DNA of 62,706 nucleotides, filler included, from Globobulimina sp. (lineage: Eukaryota): the NCBI GenBank assembly GCA_003354225.1. It is 46 parts of 46 records of this genome, joined end to end, with 100 filler letters (N's around TTAATTAATTAA, not from the genome) between each part and the next. Parts side by side here need not be neighbours in the genome. Positions count along the whole stretch, not along the records: positions 38,242 to 39,506 come from PIVH01019825.1; positions 39,607 to 40,871 come from PIVH01019826.1; positions 40,972 to 42,236 come from PIVH01019827.1; positions 42,337 to 43,601 come from PIVH01019828.1; positions 43,702 to 44,966 come from PIVH01019829.1; positions 45,067 to 46,331 come from PIVH01019830.1; positions 46,432 to 47,696 come from PIVH01019831.1; positions 47,797 to 49,061 come from PIVH01019832.1; 38 more parts are not named here. One strand, 5' to 3'. The notes beneath the pieces were generated by a model. That model saw only the letters and a list, made by a program, of their open reading frames with translations. It was not told the DNA's origin and searched no databases. The number at the start of each line of letters is the position of its first letter. Position 1 is the stretch's first letter. The position numbers and the translations under genes were made by a program. Shown piece after piece: positions 39,385 to 51,891 of this stretch.

Positions 39385-39606
39385 AACTGGTTGAACTTCA
39401 AACCATTGACAACTATAAAAATATACATGTAAATTGATATATAAGTAAAGTTTTAAATTATAGTTTTGAGATTGAATGTTGATAAAAGCAGTGTTTTAAT
39501 ATCATANNNNNNNNNNNNNNNNNNNNNNNNNNNNNNNNNNNNNNNNNNNNTTAATTAATTAANNNNNNNNNNNNNNNNNNNNNNNNNNNNNNNNNNNNNN
39601 NNNNNN

Positions 39607-39999
39607 AATGACAAAATAAATGGGTGTGGAATGCTTGATATTGTTCGTTATTTTGATAAAATTAATGATTACGATGACAAATTAGTAACAGCACATATTG
39701 ATCCTGGATTATTATCATTTAGTTTTTATTCAAATTTAAAAGGATTACAGTTATATGATAAGACAATTGATAAATGGATTGATATCGATACAAGAATTGG
39801 TGAAGGTGTTATGTGGTGCGGTGAGGCAATGAGTAATATGAGTAATAAAAAAATATGTGGTGGAATACATAGAGTTAATCGGATATTATCGCATACTAAA
39901 CAAGAAAATACAACTCAACCAAGAATTGCATCATGGTATGAAATGATATCAACTGACCAAATTGAAAAAAGTGTTTATCAAAAACGATATTGGAAATAA
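39607..39999 (+). CDS. 2OG-Fe(II) oxygenase, C-terminal part
   Basis: AHIDPG (HxD), GLQL, HRV, R-x-x-S. Confidence 0.75.
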   Translation, partial: NDKINGCGMLDIVRYFDKINDYDDKLVTAHIDPGLLSFSFYSNLKGLQLYDKTIDKWIDIDTRIGEGVMWCGEAMSNMSNKKICGGIHRVNRILSHTKQENTTQPRIASWYEMISTDQIEKSVYQKRYWK

Positions 40000-40053
40000 A
40001 ACTAAGCTCTTTAAATCAAAAATTCCCAACTGATATTCTAAACAATATAGACA

Positions 40054-40871
40054 ATGGCGCAGCTTTCTTACAGCGTCGCATTTTTCGGATTATTTATTGC
40101 ATTTATTGTTGATGCAATGCATAACAAAACATTCAACATAATGTCACTGCCTACCATTGAATACGTTAAGAACAGTATTTAATTTAAATTACCATACAGC
40201 TTATAATTATCTTATTTGCTTAATACACGCAGCAAATAAAATGCAGTGATAAGATAATAAATTCATATCCAAATATTCCAGAACAAAGCATACGATCAAT
40301 GAAACAAACAATGCAAACAATGTTAATGTCCGGCAGCGGATATCTCACAAAGGAGAAAATTAATCGTTTTTTCTGTGAACTAAATAAGATGAAAGCTGAC
40401 CCAACAATGAAACTGTACCATTCATACTATTTATTGATGTTGCAATTGAGAGTCAGACCGGACATTAGGACTTTTAATACATTATTAAAAGCAGTTCGGT
40501 TGTCTGATCCACCATTATTTGGATTTATTGAGTATTTTATTGAAGGAATGAATTATTTTGAGGTCCCAATTGATTCTTACACTGTAAACGAAATAGTTGC
40601 GTGTTGTGCAAGGGATGCAACAAAAGCAGAAAACCAACGTGCAGCCAGTAGCTGGGTGGAATTTTATGAAAAACACTTGCAACCGGCACCCACATCAAGT
40701 ACTAGTCCGTCTGAAGCAGATCAAATAATTTATCATTCATTATTTCATGTATTTGTAAAAGCGCGAAATATGGAAAAAGTGAGCGAAATCAAAGCATCTC
40801 TTATAAGAAAAGGAATATGGGATGGTAAATTTAAGCTAACTTATAATCGTCTGATTGGAGAACCGCCAGTG
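40054..40871 (+). CDS. PPR-repeat protein, partial, with a predicted signal-peptide exon (40054-40164); intron 40165-40232
   Basis: RPDIRTFNTLLKA, IDSYTVNEIV, DQIIYHSLFHVF; in-frame splice. Confidence 0.6.
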
Positions 40872-40971
40872 NNNNNNNNNNNNNNNNNNNNNNNNNNNNN
40901 NNNNNNNNNNNNNNNTTAATTAATTAANNNNNNNNNNNNNNNNNNNNNNNNNNNNNNNNNNNNNNNNNNNN

Positions 40972-42236
40972 CTAAGACATTGGTGGTTGGCAGGGATTGA
41001 TTGCTTTGGTGCACTTCATTTAAATGTAATTGTTTGTCGTCAAATAATATTCTCTCTGTTGGGTATAACGGCAACTTTGCAATCTGTTCACGTTTAGATT
41101 TACGGGATAAATGATGATTAATTATGATTTCAATCAGTAAATCTTTTTCTGTCCAATTTGTATTGATATCATTTGCTTTTAATAAGGAGATTAAATTATT
41201 TTTATTGGAGGTGGGCAAAATATGCAACTTTTCAGATAAGTTGTATAAATCGGCGGTGTTCAGTACATCTAAATAAGTGTGCAATTTTTGATAATTATCC
41301 AATGAGGAGATGGTGCATAACGCCATTGGTTGTAGTTTGTCGTAAAAATATTTAAAGACACATTTTTGTAATACCACTAATTTGTGATTTGCTTCTAATG
41401 TCATATCGTTATCGTTCAATGAGTTGCCATCAAAATCATCAATCTCAAAATTTAAATAGAATTTAATTTTATTGATTAAGGACTGAAATAAATCATTGTG
41501 CTTATATAGCAATGGTGAGATAAGATATTTACATTGAATTAAAAATAAAATAGTGGATGATTTTAATAGCGGTCTTAGATATCTTCGAGTCATTAAAATA
41601 CATAAATTGTCGATAATTAATTGACAGAAATTATAAATATAATTTAAATTGCATTCATATTCATGATTTAAGCTCCATTGTGTTTTATTATTGGTATCCT
41701 GTAATAATTTATATAATGATTCAGTTTCGCGTAATATGATAAAAAATTCCTTGAATAATAAGTAAAATAATTCCTTTTGGTGCCTGGCAACTTTCGATTT
41801 GTTTTTGTTGAATTTCTTGTATAAAATACCCAATGAAGGTACAATGACAAATATTTTCTGTCTTTGTTTATGATCCAAGTATTCAAACAATGGTAAACCA
41901 CATAGTTTAAGTACTTGGCTTCGGACAGATTCATTTTCCATTTTATAAAAACAATTGATTAAAAATATTAAAAAATTTGTTTTTTCGTTGGTATTCCATG
42001 TGTTGTTATTATTATTATCCATTTCCTCCAATTTCATGCTGAAAATACGTTTGAAAAATAATGATAATTTATGTAAATTGTTATTTTTATTTTGTTTATC
42101 ATTATCTTTGTCGTTATCGTTATTTATGGATTGTGCATTATAATATTTTGTGTTCATTAACACATTCCAAACAGAGGATTGTTGCTCGAATTTTTTGTTT
42201 ATAAAATATAGCATGGATAAGAGATGCTGATTGGAT
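40972..42236 (-). CDS. AQR: Aquarius intron-binding spliceosomal helicase, N-terminal domain, partial
   Basis: FLINCF..ME...VR..VL.L..L, TRRYLRPL, KFYLNFEIDDFDG, LPLYPTE.ILFD. Confidence 0.8.
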
Positions 42237-42343
42237 NNNNNNNNNNNNNNNNNNNNNNNNNNNNNNNNNNNNNNNNNNNNTTAATTAATTAANNNNNNNN
42301 NNNNNNNNNNNNNNNNNNNNNNNNNNNNNNNNNNNNACTGTAG

Positions 42344-42948
42344 ATGATCCTAGTCCCCCACCTGGTCACTGGTCTTTAGCCGTAAGTATTTGGAAAGCTA
42401 TTGAGTAGGTAACGAATTGTCAGTTTTGAAATTATTTTCAGGTCATTGACAACAGGAAAAACTGTATCGAATATTATGATTCAATAATCGGTGTAAGGAC
42501 CGCTGTCAATGTATTTAGTGTTTTACAGTAAGTTGTACATGTACATACAGTAATTGTTGCTGTACATCATCATTATTTACAGACATTTTGTTGCAAAGGC
42601 AAAGGAAAAAAACGTTGGACGTTACAACCAGACAAGATGCTCTCAAAAACATAAGGGAGTAAGTATGTTCCCCCTTTTTTCAAAAAATGAAAAAACTACT
42701 AATTACAGGGTCCAAAGCAGAAGAATGGTTATGATTGTGGGGTATTCGTTCTCGCATTTGCAAGTTATGTTTGTTGCGATCAACAAATTGGTACCACACA
42801 GGTAAATAAATGAACTTAAAATAAAACATATTTCCATAAATTTTGCTTGTATTCATTCAAGGACGAAATGAGACATTGGAGGCGGTTAACTGGTTATATC
42901 TGCTTCTGTGGCCGAAACGACTTCGATAGATTAAATTTCTTAATGTAA
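42344..42948 (+). CDS. Ulp1/C48 (SUMO/NEDD8) protease C-terminus; introns 42382-42441, 42528-42582, 42659-42708, 42802-42861
   Basis: Manual splicing gives GHWSLAVID...YYDS...PKQKNGYDCGVF...DEMRHWR. Confidence 0.85.
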
Positions 42949-43387
42949 ACTATTAGTGACATGTTACTACTGCGTACGTATGTAAGCTATCATATTTTAT
43001 TTGTGATAATATACAAGTTATGTTAGTACTGTGTACTGTAATGTGAACTGTATGGTCTAAACCCTCATGTATATGCAATTGTTATTGTGGAGCTATATGC
43101 AATATATTTATTTAGTTATTATACCAAAATGTTGAAAAATTGAAATAAAAACAAAACCCGCGGCTTTAGGCACTGAGCTATCGGGTGCGATCCCTACGGC
43201 GATGGGATCATCATAGAATAATATGTTTCTATGATGGCCGGAAACGGACGTAGACCATAGTGCCTATACACTTGTAACACATTCTTCACACATACTGTAT
43301 TACATCCATTTGCGCATATTTTACTTTAATTCGGCGTTTCTTTGGCGACAATAACATGTTAAATATTCCTATTTTTAATTAATTAAA

Positions 43388-43601
43388 ATCGGGTGGCTTC
43401 GCCCTCCCGCACCACCCCCGGTTAGCCGTTAACCTCCAGCGTTTTGTCGCAGATATGTTTTGAGCTATATTTAATGGACGAAATACTCTACTGTAGGGTT
43501 TGCCGATTTTAGTAGAAGATAAGAGTAATATGTATTCATTAAAATTTTCTTAATCGGGGGGCTCACCACCCGCAGTTAGCCGTTAACCTCCAGCGTTTTG
43601 T
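43388..43601. repeat. Direct repeat (GTTAGCCGTTAACCTCCAGCGTTTTGT at 43421 and 43575), each preceded by a GC-rich hairpin-like stretch
   Basis: 27-bp exact match, 154 bp apart. Confidence 0.8.
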
Positions 43602-43701
43602 NNNNNNNNNNNNNNNNNNNNNNNNNNNNNNNNNNNNNNNNNNNNTTAATTAATTAANNNNNNNNNNNNNNNNNNNNNNNNNNNNNNNNNNNNNNNNNNN
43701 N

Positions 43702-44966
43702 TGGTCGATTTCACGGCAATAACGATATTATCGAAATTGTCAACGGAAAACCGCAACAAATTAGTCCAAAGAGGAAGAAAATCAGATTAAATAATTACAG
43801 AAATCCCAAGATAAATCCGGGAACATTAAATAAGAGAAATCCCAACACAAATCCGGGAACATTGATACCTATAAATCCGATCAAACACCAAATAAGTAAC
43901 GCTAAAATGCCATCAAATAACAGCAAACCAAATGATGAGACGATAAATAACAAAGCGGAAAAAGAACCAATGCCTCAAACAATCCCTATTTGTGATTTTT
44001 CAGATAACGAAGACGAGGATTTGCTGTCTTTCGCGCAATATAAAGACGCATACAATGAGCGATACGACAATAACACGGATTATACAAAAATGCCTAAAAA
44101 CTTCCGAAGTAGAAACGATAAACGGCATTGGCATTTTTGTAAGCGTTTATATAACGGCACAAAAATAATTCAAACAGCACAACAATGGCTGGATGAAGAC
44201 AATAAATCGAATAACAACAACAAAATAATAAAAAATAACGATACCATACAAACACAAGCGATTATCGTTGAAAATCAACAACAAAAAGCGCCCAATGCGG
44301 TTAATAACGACGCCATCGAAGAAAAGGATATTAAAACAATTAAATGCAATAAATGTAACAAACAAATTAAGATCGACGACATTGAATACAACAACGCCCA
44401 AATTGAATATATCAGTGATTGGTATTGCACAAAATGTAAAAAGGACGACGTATCATTAAAAATCAAATGGCGATGTAATAACAATAAATGCAAACAACAC
44501 AAAAAGAATTGGATTCGGTTTGTAACATTAAAAAAACACCAAATTGCTACCAAAGACGATAACGTGCACTTATTATCAGACTTTTTTATGGTTTTTAACA
44601 TCAAAATATGCGATAAAATTGGATGTAATAAAGAAATTGATAATAAATTGCAATCAAAAATATGTAATAAATGCACGCACAATCAAGTTAAAAATCAATT
44701 TTATGGCCTAAACGACGAAGAAAACGATTTTAAAATGATTGCAATGAATGCTGTTAATCAAAAACAAGAAGAACCAACCAATCAAAATGTCAGCATGCAA
44801 AATCTAACCATTAGTGTCATACCATCATTTATTGATATTTGGACGTCGAAAATTAAAACAATTGAATCGATTCCACCACGTTTTATTCGCAAAGTTATCG
44901 ACGTTTATACATATTTGCTGCGCAAAGTACGTATTAACAACGATAAACGTGCATGGATTGAACTAT
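43702..44966 (+). CDS. Cys-rich zinc-finger ORF, possibly the N-terminal region of a non-LTR retrotransposon ORF
   Basis: Several CxxC clusters; TIESIP...W.EL resembles the region preceding RT in CRE/R2-like elements (inference; RT not seen). Confidence 0.35.
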
Positions 44967-45066
44967 NNNNNNNNNNNNNNNNNNNNNNNNNNNNNNNNNN
45001 NNNNNNNNNNTTAATTAATTAANNNNNNNNNNNNNNNNNNNNNNNNNNNNNNNNNNNNNNNNNNNN

Positions 45067-45153
45067 GTTATGTTTCAAAAAGACAAAAGTTTTTTTTTCT
45101 TCAATTATCAAAGCGTTCATTGAAGAAATTAACTAAAAGCAAAAACCCTATTG
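45067..45153. repeat. Dispersed repeat, copy of 10945-11032
   Basis: Direct sequence match. Confidence 0.85.
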
Positions 45154-45292
45154 CCTGCACACACAATATAGGATTGTCTAAATATAAAAAGTTTTTTATA
45201 GCAATGGCAACTATTTATGGATTAGCAGAGCAACCTACTATTAATTATAACATTGAATGTGTGCGTGATGTGCAAGGATGAGTCACATTGTC

Positions 45293-46171
45293 TTAATCAA
45301 ATGCATCGGCCACATTATCCTCTGGATCTACAAACTCGTCCAAGTTATCCAACATAGATTTTGGTTCCCTAATCGATCCGGTATATGGCGCATTTTCAGT
45401 GACAGAGAGTTTATCCCTGGCCCATGCAAGTTTATTTTCTTCCCTCTCAGCCTCTTTACGAATGGCATCAGCAATTTTGGCTTCCCTTTTTTTCTTTGCA
45501 ACAACCTTTTTTAACCTAAATAAGTCCTCTCTTTCCCTCTCATCCAGTTCAGAGGCGATGTAATGCATTGTATTCTCCAATTTGGGGATGACCACATTAT
45601 CCAATGCATTCACTCTGCGATTGGTCACTTTCATCGCTTCATCCAACTCTTTAAAGGATGTCTAGAGATATATGCTTAAATATTATATAGAATTAACAGA
45701 AATAATTATATATGTAACTTGTAATGATGCTAATTTTATTAATAAATCCAAAGCATTATCATAGGCAGCTTTGCATTTTCTAATTTGAGCGCCGCCTTTG
45801 GCAATGCCCAATAATGAGTCCTTGGATGATCCAGTATCGACTTTATCGAACTGTAATATGCGAACACCGACAACATTCTCTCTGCGACAGGCAACTTTGA
45901 TTGATGCGGATTCCACTTTGGAGATGATTTGCGCATTAAAATCGCCCGCTGAATGTGTGGCTTGCGTATGACTGAAATTAGCAGTGCTCATCACACCATT
46001 CATTTGATTTTTGACATCGTATATCTCTTTTAAGCATGCTTGCACTTTGGCTTTTAATGCATCTGATTTACGTTTTAATAACGAATGCCCTTTTCTTGCT
46101 CCTTTCGTTCGAATTTTAAATTGTTGTAAACTCATTCGAGATGGGAACGTTGGATACCTATTTTGTGCCAT
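45293..46171 (-). CDS. ATP6V1D: V-type ATPase subunit D; intron 45662-45718
   Basis: GARKGHSLLKRKSDAL; spliced LASLQTSFKELDEAMKVTNRRVNAL; ELDEREREDLFRLKK. Confidence 0.95.
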
Positions 46172-46431
46172 GCTTAATTTACAGTTTTATTCTACTCTGT
46201 CAGACTACAGTTGTGAAAAACAGCTTTTTTGGGGATTCATATCACTAGAATTTCAATATTATATTATGTAGTTGTTGTATATAAACATTACAACAATTCT
46301 GTCAAATTTTCGCTAGATTTGAGAACCAGATNNNNNNNNNNNNNNNNNNNNNNNNNNNNNNNNNNNNNNNNNNNNTTAATTAATTAANNNNNNNNNNNNN
46401 NNNNNNNNNNNNNNNNNNNNNNNNNNNNNNN

Positions 46432-46700
46432 AATAGATCAATTTAATTAATTCAATCTGACTGAGTCTCAATGATCGGACTGAGTCTCTTAATTATTTAC
46501 AATTCAATTGTTTCAAAACAAAATAAAATAAATCAAATTAACTAATTCAATCTGACTGAGTCTTAATGATCGGACTGAGTCTCTTAATTATTACAATTTA
46601 ATTGTTTCAAAACAAACAAAATCAATCAATTTAATGGTTTCAAAACAAAATCTCAGACTGAGTCTCTTAATTATCGGACTGAGTCTCTTAATTATTACAG
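46432..46700. repeat. Tandem repeat, about 3 units, each with paired GACTGAGTC motifs
   Basis: GACTGAGTCT...TCGGACTGAGTCTCTTAATTA repeated. Confidence 0.85.
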
Positions 46701-46926
46701 AAACAGCTGTCAGGATCATACTGGAAATAGAGAATTAAATAGAAAATTAAATAGAAAATTAATCACAAGTTTGTATTAGACATATTTAAACGTTGTTATT
46801 GTTGTTATTGCCCAACACTTTCTCATTCAATGTGTTTCTCAATTTCTTTCTCATTCAATTTCTCAGCCAATAGTTTATTTACATCAATTTCATTCCTTTT
46901 TAATTTTCGCGCCAGTTTCAATTCCT

Positions 46927-47696
46927 CTAAACGCATACACCGATCACGAATTTGCTCAATTTTTTTAACTCTTTATCTTTTGATACATTCTCAACATATT
47001 GTCTTAATAATTGTGGTGTTGCATCACCATATTTCATATCCAATAAACATTTAACTATTTTTCTTGTTTCATCACTCAATTTGTTCAAATCATCATTAAA
47101 CTCAACCAAACACATAAAAGCTTCATCCAATAATTGATATTTCTTCTCTGCTTGTTTCATTTTGGTCCAATCATACATATTCAATGCCATTCCACCAAAG
47201 CGACGGATCTCAATAATTTCCATCATATATACTAATCCAGGCAACGTGTGATTATTATTTGTAACACACAATAACTTCACTTCATTATTTCCTCTTTCTT
47301 GCGATTGAACCATAGACTCTTTAAATCCTCGATTTTGCGGCGATTCTTGAATATGGTCTTGTAATAAATTCCCTGCGTAAAATATCATGAATTTGCAATA
47401 TGGATACAATCCAACTCTCAGACAAATGTGTTGTATATATTTAATATGCCAGCAATCATACGATGCAAAATTATCCTTCAATGCAGCATGAAATATTAAT
47501 TTTTTATAAAAATTTATTACTATTTTAACAGCTAACCGAAATTTACATTTATTTATGCTATTTGCAGCCGATTCCAACGCAGTATCTAAATCAACGTTAA
47601 AAAATAATTTTGATTTATTGCCTGGGCAGCTCACTCCGATTGTGTTATCTTTTGCTTCTTCAATAGAATTTTTCAATGGCGTCCCCAAAGAGCACT
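46927..47696 (-). CDS. Hypothetical protein, partial, possibly composite
   Basis: 253-aa ORF. Confidence 0.35.
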
Positions 47697-47978
47697 NNNN
47701 NNNNNNNNNNNNNNNNNNNNNNNNNNNNNNNNNNNNNNNNTTAATTAATTAANNNNNNNNNNNNNNNNNNNNNNNNNNNNNNNNNNNNNNNNNNNNATCA
47801 TTTTTTGTGAAAAACTTTTATCTTCCATTAACACCGACAATTTTTCTTAGTCTGGTATATTTTGAATGATATATTTTAATCTCATTAAAAAGCTATCAGG
47901 TACAAACTCATAATATCCTCACCATATTAATACGAATTACAGCCAAATAAACAGTATATATCCATATTTGAAAACAAT

Positions 47979-48707
47979 ATGTCATTCATGCCATGGACAT
48001 TTTCAACGCCAAATGGCAACAACTCCTCATATACAAACTCTACAAACTCGAGTAACGTGAGCAGCAATGTAAGCAGCTGCAGTGAGAGCATCCTTCGTTC
48101 GTCTTCATTGTATACAAGAAATAAGCGCGAAAAAAGAAAGAGGGTCACCATCGTATCACCACTCAAATGGGATTGCCAACAGCGGAAAAGAGATTTTATT
48201 AATACAACAATATCTTATTGCGACATCAAATACATTTTGCGATCACTGGGCACGGATACAAGTGGCGGCTATCAAGACTGTGTGGAGAGGCTGTTGCGGT
48301 CGAATTGGATTCCGGATACAAAATACATTCAATACAATGAGCGATTGCGCGCAAAACAAATATTTAAAGAAAATGAAAGAATTATAACTCTACAATGCGG
48401 CGATATTAATTACTTGCAACAATTCTCTATCAATGAATTGAAGAAATGGTTGAAGTATAATAATATACAACAACCCAAGAATCAGAATAAATGCCAATAC
48501 ATACAATTAATAAATGAAACGTATAAATTTAAATCCCCATCACCGGATTCTTTCAGATTTAGGTTACCGCCGAAAACACCCCGTAATAAAACAAATTGTC
48601 TTCAAATCAAATCAAACAATAATGTGGGTTATGATGATTTGAATGACTTGAACTGTTTCGACGATGATGACTTTCCGGTTAGAATGCAACTTTGTTTTGA
48701 TGATTGA
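47979..48707 (+). CDS. Protein with two SAP/HeH-like DNA-binding motifs
   Basis: DIKYILRSLGTDTSGGYQDCVERL and NELKKWLKYNNI...KCQYIQLI. Confidence 0.5.
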   Translation: MSFMPWTFSTPNGNNSSYTNSTNSSNVSSNVSSCSESILRSSSLYTRNKREKRKRVTIVSPLKWDCQQRKRDFINTTISYCDIKYILRSLGTDTSGGYQDCVERLLRSNWIPDTKYIQYNERLRAKQIFKENERIITLQCGDINYLQQFSINELKKWLKYNNIQQPKNQNKCQYIQLINETYKFKSPSPDSFRFRLPPKTPRNKTNCLQIKSNNNVGYDDLNDLNCFDDDDFPVRMQLCFDD

Positions 48708-49663
48708 TCATAAATTTTTTTATTTTTTTTTTGTGGATGTAGAAATATATGAATTTTTTTTAGTTTTCACATAATATTTAATTTTTTAATTTCGGCGATC
48801 CACTGGATACTTTTATTTTAATTTTGTACTTCCGATCATTTAGAAACTTGACAACGGTGTTAAAAAAAAGAGTGGTTATTAAAATTAATCAAATACTAAT
48901 ATCATATATTAATTTTAAACACTTCTAAACACAACAAAAACAGTAAAATAAAAATATATTTAACAAAAAAGAAAGTAAAAGAAAATGAACACCAGAGACC
49001 CGTTAAACAGTACAGTGGGGAATTAAATTATTAATATATTCTTCCATACAACGATCCGATCNNNNNNNNNNNNNNNNNNNNNNNNNNNNNNNNNNNNNNN
49101 NNNNNTTAATTAATTAANNNNNNNNNNNNNNNNNNNNNNNNNNNNNNNNNNNNNNNNNNNNATAAAAACGGAATTAAATAATTGCAATACAAACCTGGTT
49201 GAGCTGCTTGGTGAGTGAGATAAATTGGAATAAATAGATTGAATAGAAAATATAATACAAACCTGGCGTAGGGTTTTGCATAACAGGAATTAAACCTGTA
49301 TCCTGAAACAAATTCAGTGCTCTACATTTGAGCTATATGCAATAGCTTTAGTTTAGTCTTAATTTCATCTTTCTTCAAATTTGTCTTACTCACACCTTTG
49401 TCTAGAGATTAATTCGTGTTCTAACAAATGTTGAAGTTGTTAGTGGAGTACATTAAGAATTTAATTTAATAGACAGTTGTGAAAATGTTGAAGTTGTTAG
49501 TCAGTCAATCATGCATGCTTCTAAACTCAAGAAAATGACTCAAGAAGGCCAGTCTATAGGGTATGCATTAATTTACACAGCGATGTTGTTCCTTTCACAA
49601 TAATTATATTGTATTGTCAGACCTGTTCCAGCACCAAAATGTAGCTGGTCATATGATCTGTAT

Positions 49664-50426
49664 TTGGAAGGAAATCAATATGCTTCGGAAGGGAATTATG
49701 AAGTTTTTGGCTATGATGCCACTGTTGATTCTTTATTGCAGGCTATTTACATCCAAAATGATATGAATATTGGCTATTTACGTCCAACTCTTTGGTATAT
49801 GCATGAGACACGCCAAAAGAGAATGGAATGCATATTGTTGAAAAGGGGCGTTTTAATACGGGATTTACCCAACTCCCTCGCTCACAATCCCTTCGATCAT
49901 GTTGGCAAAATCCCGTCAATGGTCTTGTTTTTACAGCAAGCAGTGACAGCACAAGAATGCAAGGAAAAAGAAAAGAAAAATAGAAAACGGACATTGGAGC
50001 AGCCGGTACCAATTGGAATTGCCAAAAAAAAGAAAATTGAAACAAAATGTATGGTAATTACAAAAAAAGAACCAATCAATGATATGGCAGAAACAAATGA
50101 AGCAACAAATGATGATATTGTTACGCATGATAATGATGTATCAATTATCTCAGTAAATGTAAATAATAATATTTCAAAGCATATTGATTTAGTATCAGCT
50201 GATAAATTCAATGTAGCAGTAAAGTTTTGCCCAAAGTGCAAAATTCAAGTAAACCGAACACAGACAGATATCAATAACACATGCTCAATAATGATATGCA
50301 GAAACTGTACAGATTGGACGTATTGGTGTTGGGAGTGTAATAACGAAATCGATATGAAAAGACAAGATATGCGATGTTTACATTGCAGAAAAATATCTCG
50401 CAAAGTCAGAAATTGTAAGAAATTGT
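49664..50426 (+). CDS. Protein with IBR/Rcat-like zinc domain, partial
   Basis: KFCPKC...CSIMICRNC...YWCWEC. Confidence 0.5.
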
Positions 50427-50527
50427 NNNNNNNNNNNNNNNNNNNNNNNNNNNNNNNNNNNNNNNNNNNNTTAATTAATTAANNNNNNNNNNNNNNNNNN
50501 NNNNNNNNNNNNNNNNNNNNNNNNNNA

Positions 50528-51791
50528 AACAAACAATGTCGTTTAACAGATTGTCTCGAAAAATATTTTAAAGAAGAAATAATGGAAGAGGAAAACAAAG
50601 TAGAATGTAAGTTTTGTAAAGTTAAAACTAAAACAACCATTAAACACGACTTATGGAGACTACCAAAATATTTGAATATATCACTCAAACGTTTTCCATA
50701 TCCTCTGCAATCTGGAATAAAAATTAATACAAATGTATTGTATCCATTGTATAACTTAGATTTGTCGAAATACATAAAGAATTCTGCACTACAAATTACA
50801 GACACTAAATATGAGTTATATGGTATTGTTTGTCATCACGGGATTTACATAGGAAAAGGAGCTCATTATACTGCATTAGTTAAAAGTTATCAAAAAGAGT
50901 GGTTTAAATTGGATGATAATACAGTGACTAAAATTAATAATTTAAAATTATTGCATACTAAAGATTCATATATTTTGTTTTATAAAAAACAAGCAAAACG
51001 TGATATTATTTTAAAAGTTAAATCTATCGATAAAAAGGATTTAATTATGTCTGATTGTAAAATTATTAAATTTTCTGGTTGTAAAATTATATCTGATCAA
51101 CAAGAAAATGAAATTTTAAATATATTTGATAATGATGCATGGATCCATATAGGCAATGTTACTATAGGAGACATGAAAAGAGTGTATCAACAAGAAAATA
51201 TAAATGATAATATACTCAACTCTTGTATGTCAATATTACAGTCAAGACATAAACATTGTTTATTTTTGACAACACATTTTTATAGTAAATTAATGGAAAA
51301 CAACATCTTTGATTATTGTCATGTCCAAAGATGGACAAGAATATCACATCTTCAGGCAAAAGGAATCACAGCAAGAAATATTTTTCAATTAGAAAAGATT
51401 TTTATTCCCATTAATGTGAATGATTGTCATTGGATTTGTATTTATTTAAACATGAAACATAAAATATGTCATTTTTATGATTCAATTAATGATTTTTCAC
51501 CATATGTTGATATATATAATAATATTAATAAATACCTAGAACATGAGTATGAACAAAAAGTTAAAAATCAAGATTCAATAGGTTTTGCCGGATGGAAATA
51601 TATTATTCATTATGAGTATCCACAACAAAAAGGTATTAATGGTGCTGTTGGAAACGACTGTGGTGTTTTTACTATAAAATGCGCAGAATGGATAGCTCAA
51701 AATATTCCTATAACATATACACAAGATGATTTGTGGAATTTTAGACAAATGATTATTTTGGATGTTTATAACTTTGAAAAGAAATGGGAAC
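50528..51791 (+). CDS. USP (C19) C-terminal half fused to a Ulp1 (C48) protease domain, partial
   Basis: LPKYLNISLKRF, YELYGIVCHHG...HYTA...WFKLDD...YILFY; then IPINVNDCHW, FYDS, PQQ...NDCGVF. Confidence 0.85.
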
Positions 51792-51891
51792 NNNNNNNNN
51801 NNNNNNNNNNNNNNNNNNNNNNNNNNNNNNNNNNNTTAATTAATTAANNNNNNNNNNNNNNNNNNNNNNNNNNNNNNNNNNNNNNNNNNNN

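Noticed and set aside
49005..49061. TACAGTGGGG as a Tc1/mariner terminus
   Set aside because: Single short match with no partner TIR or transposase
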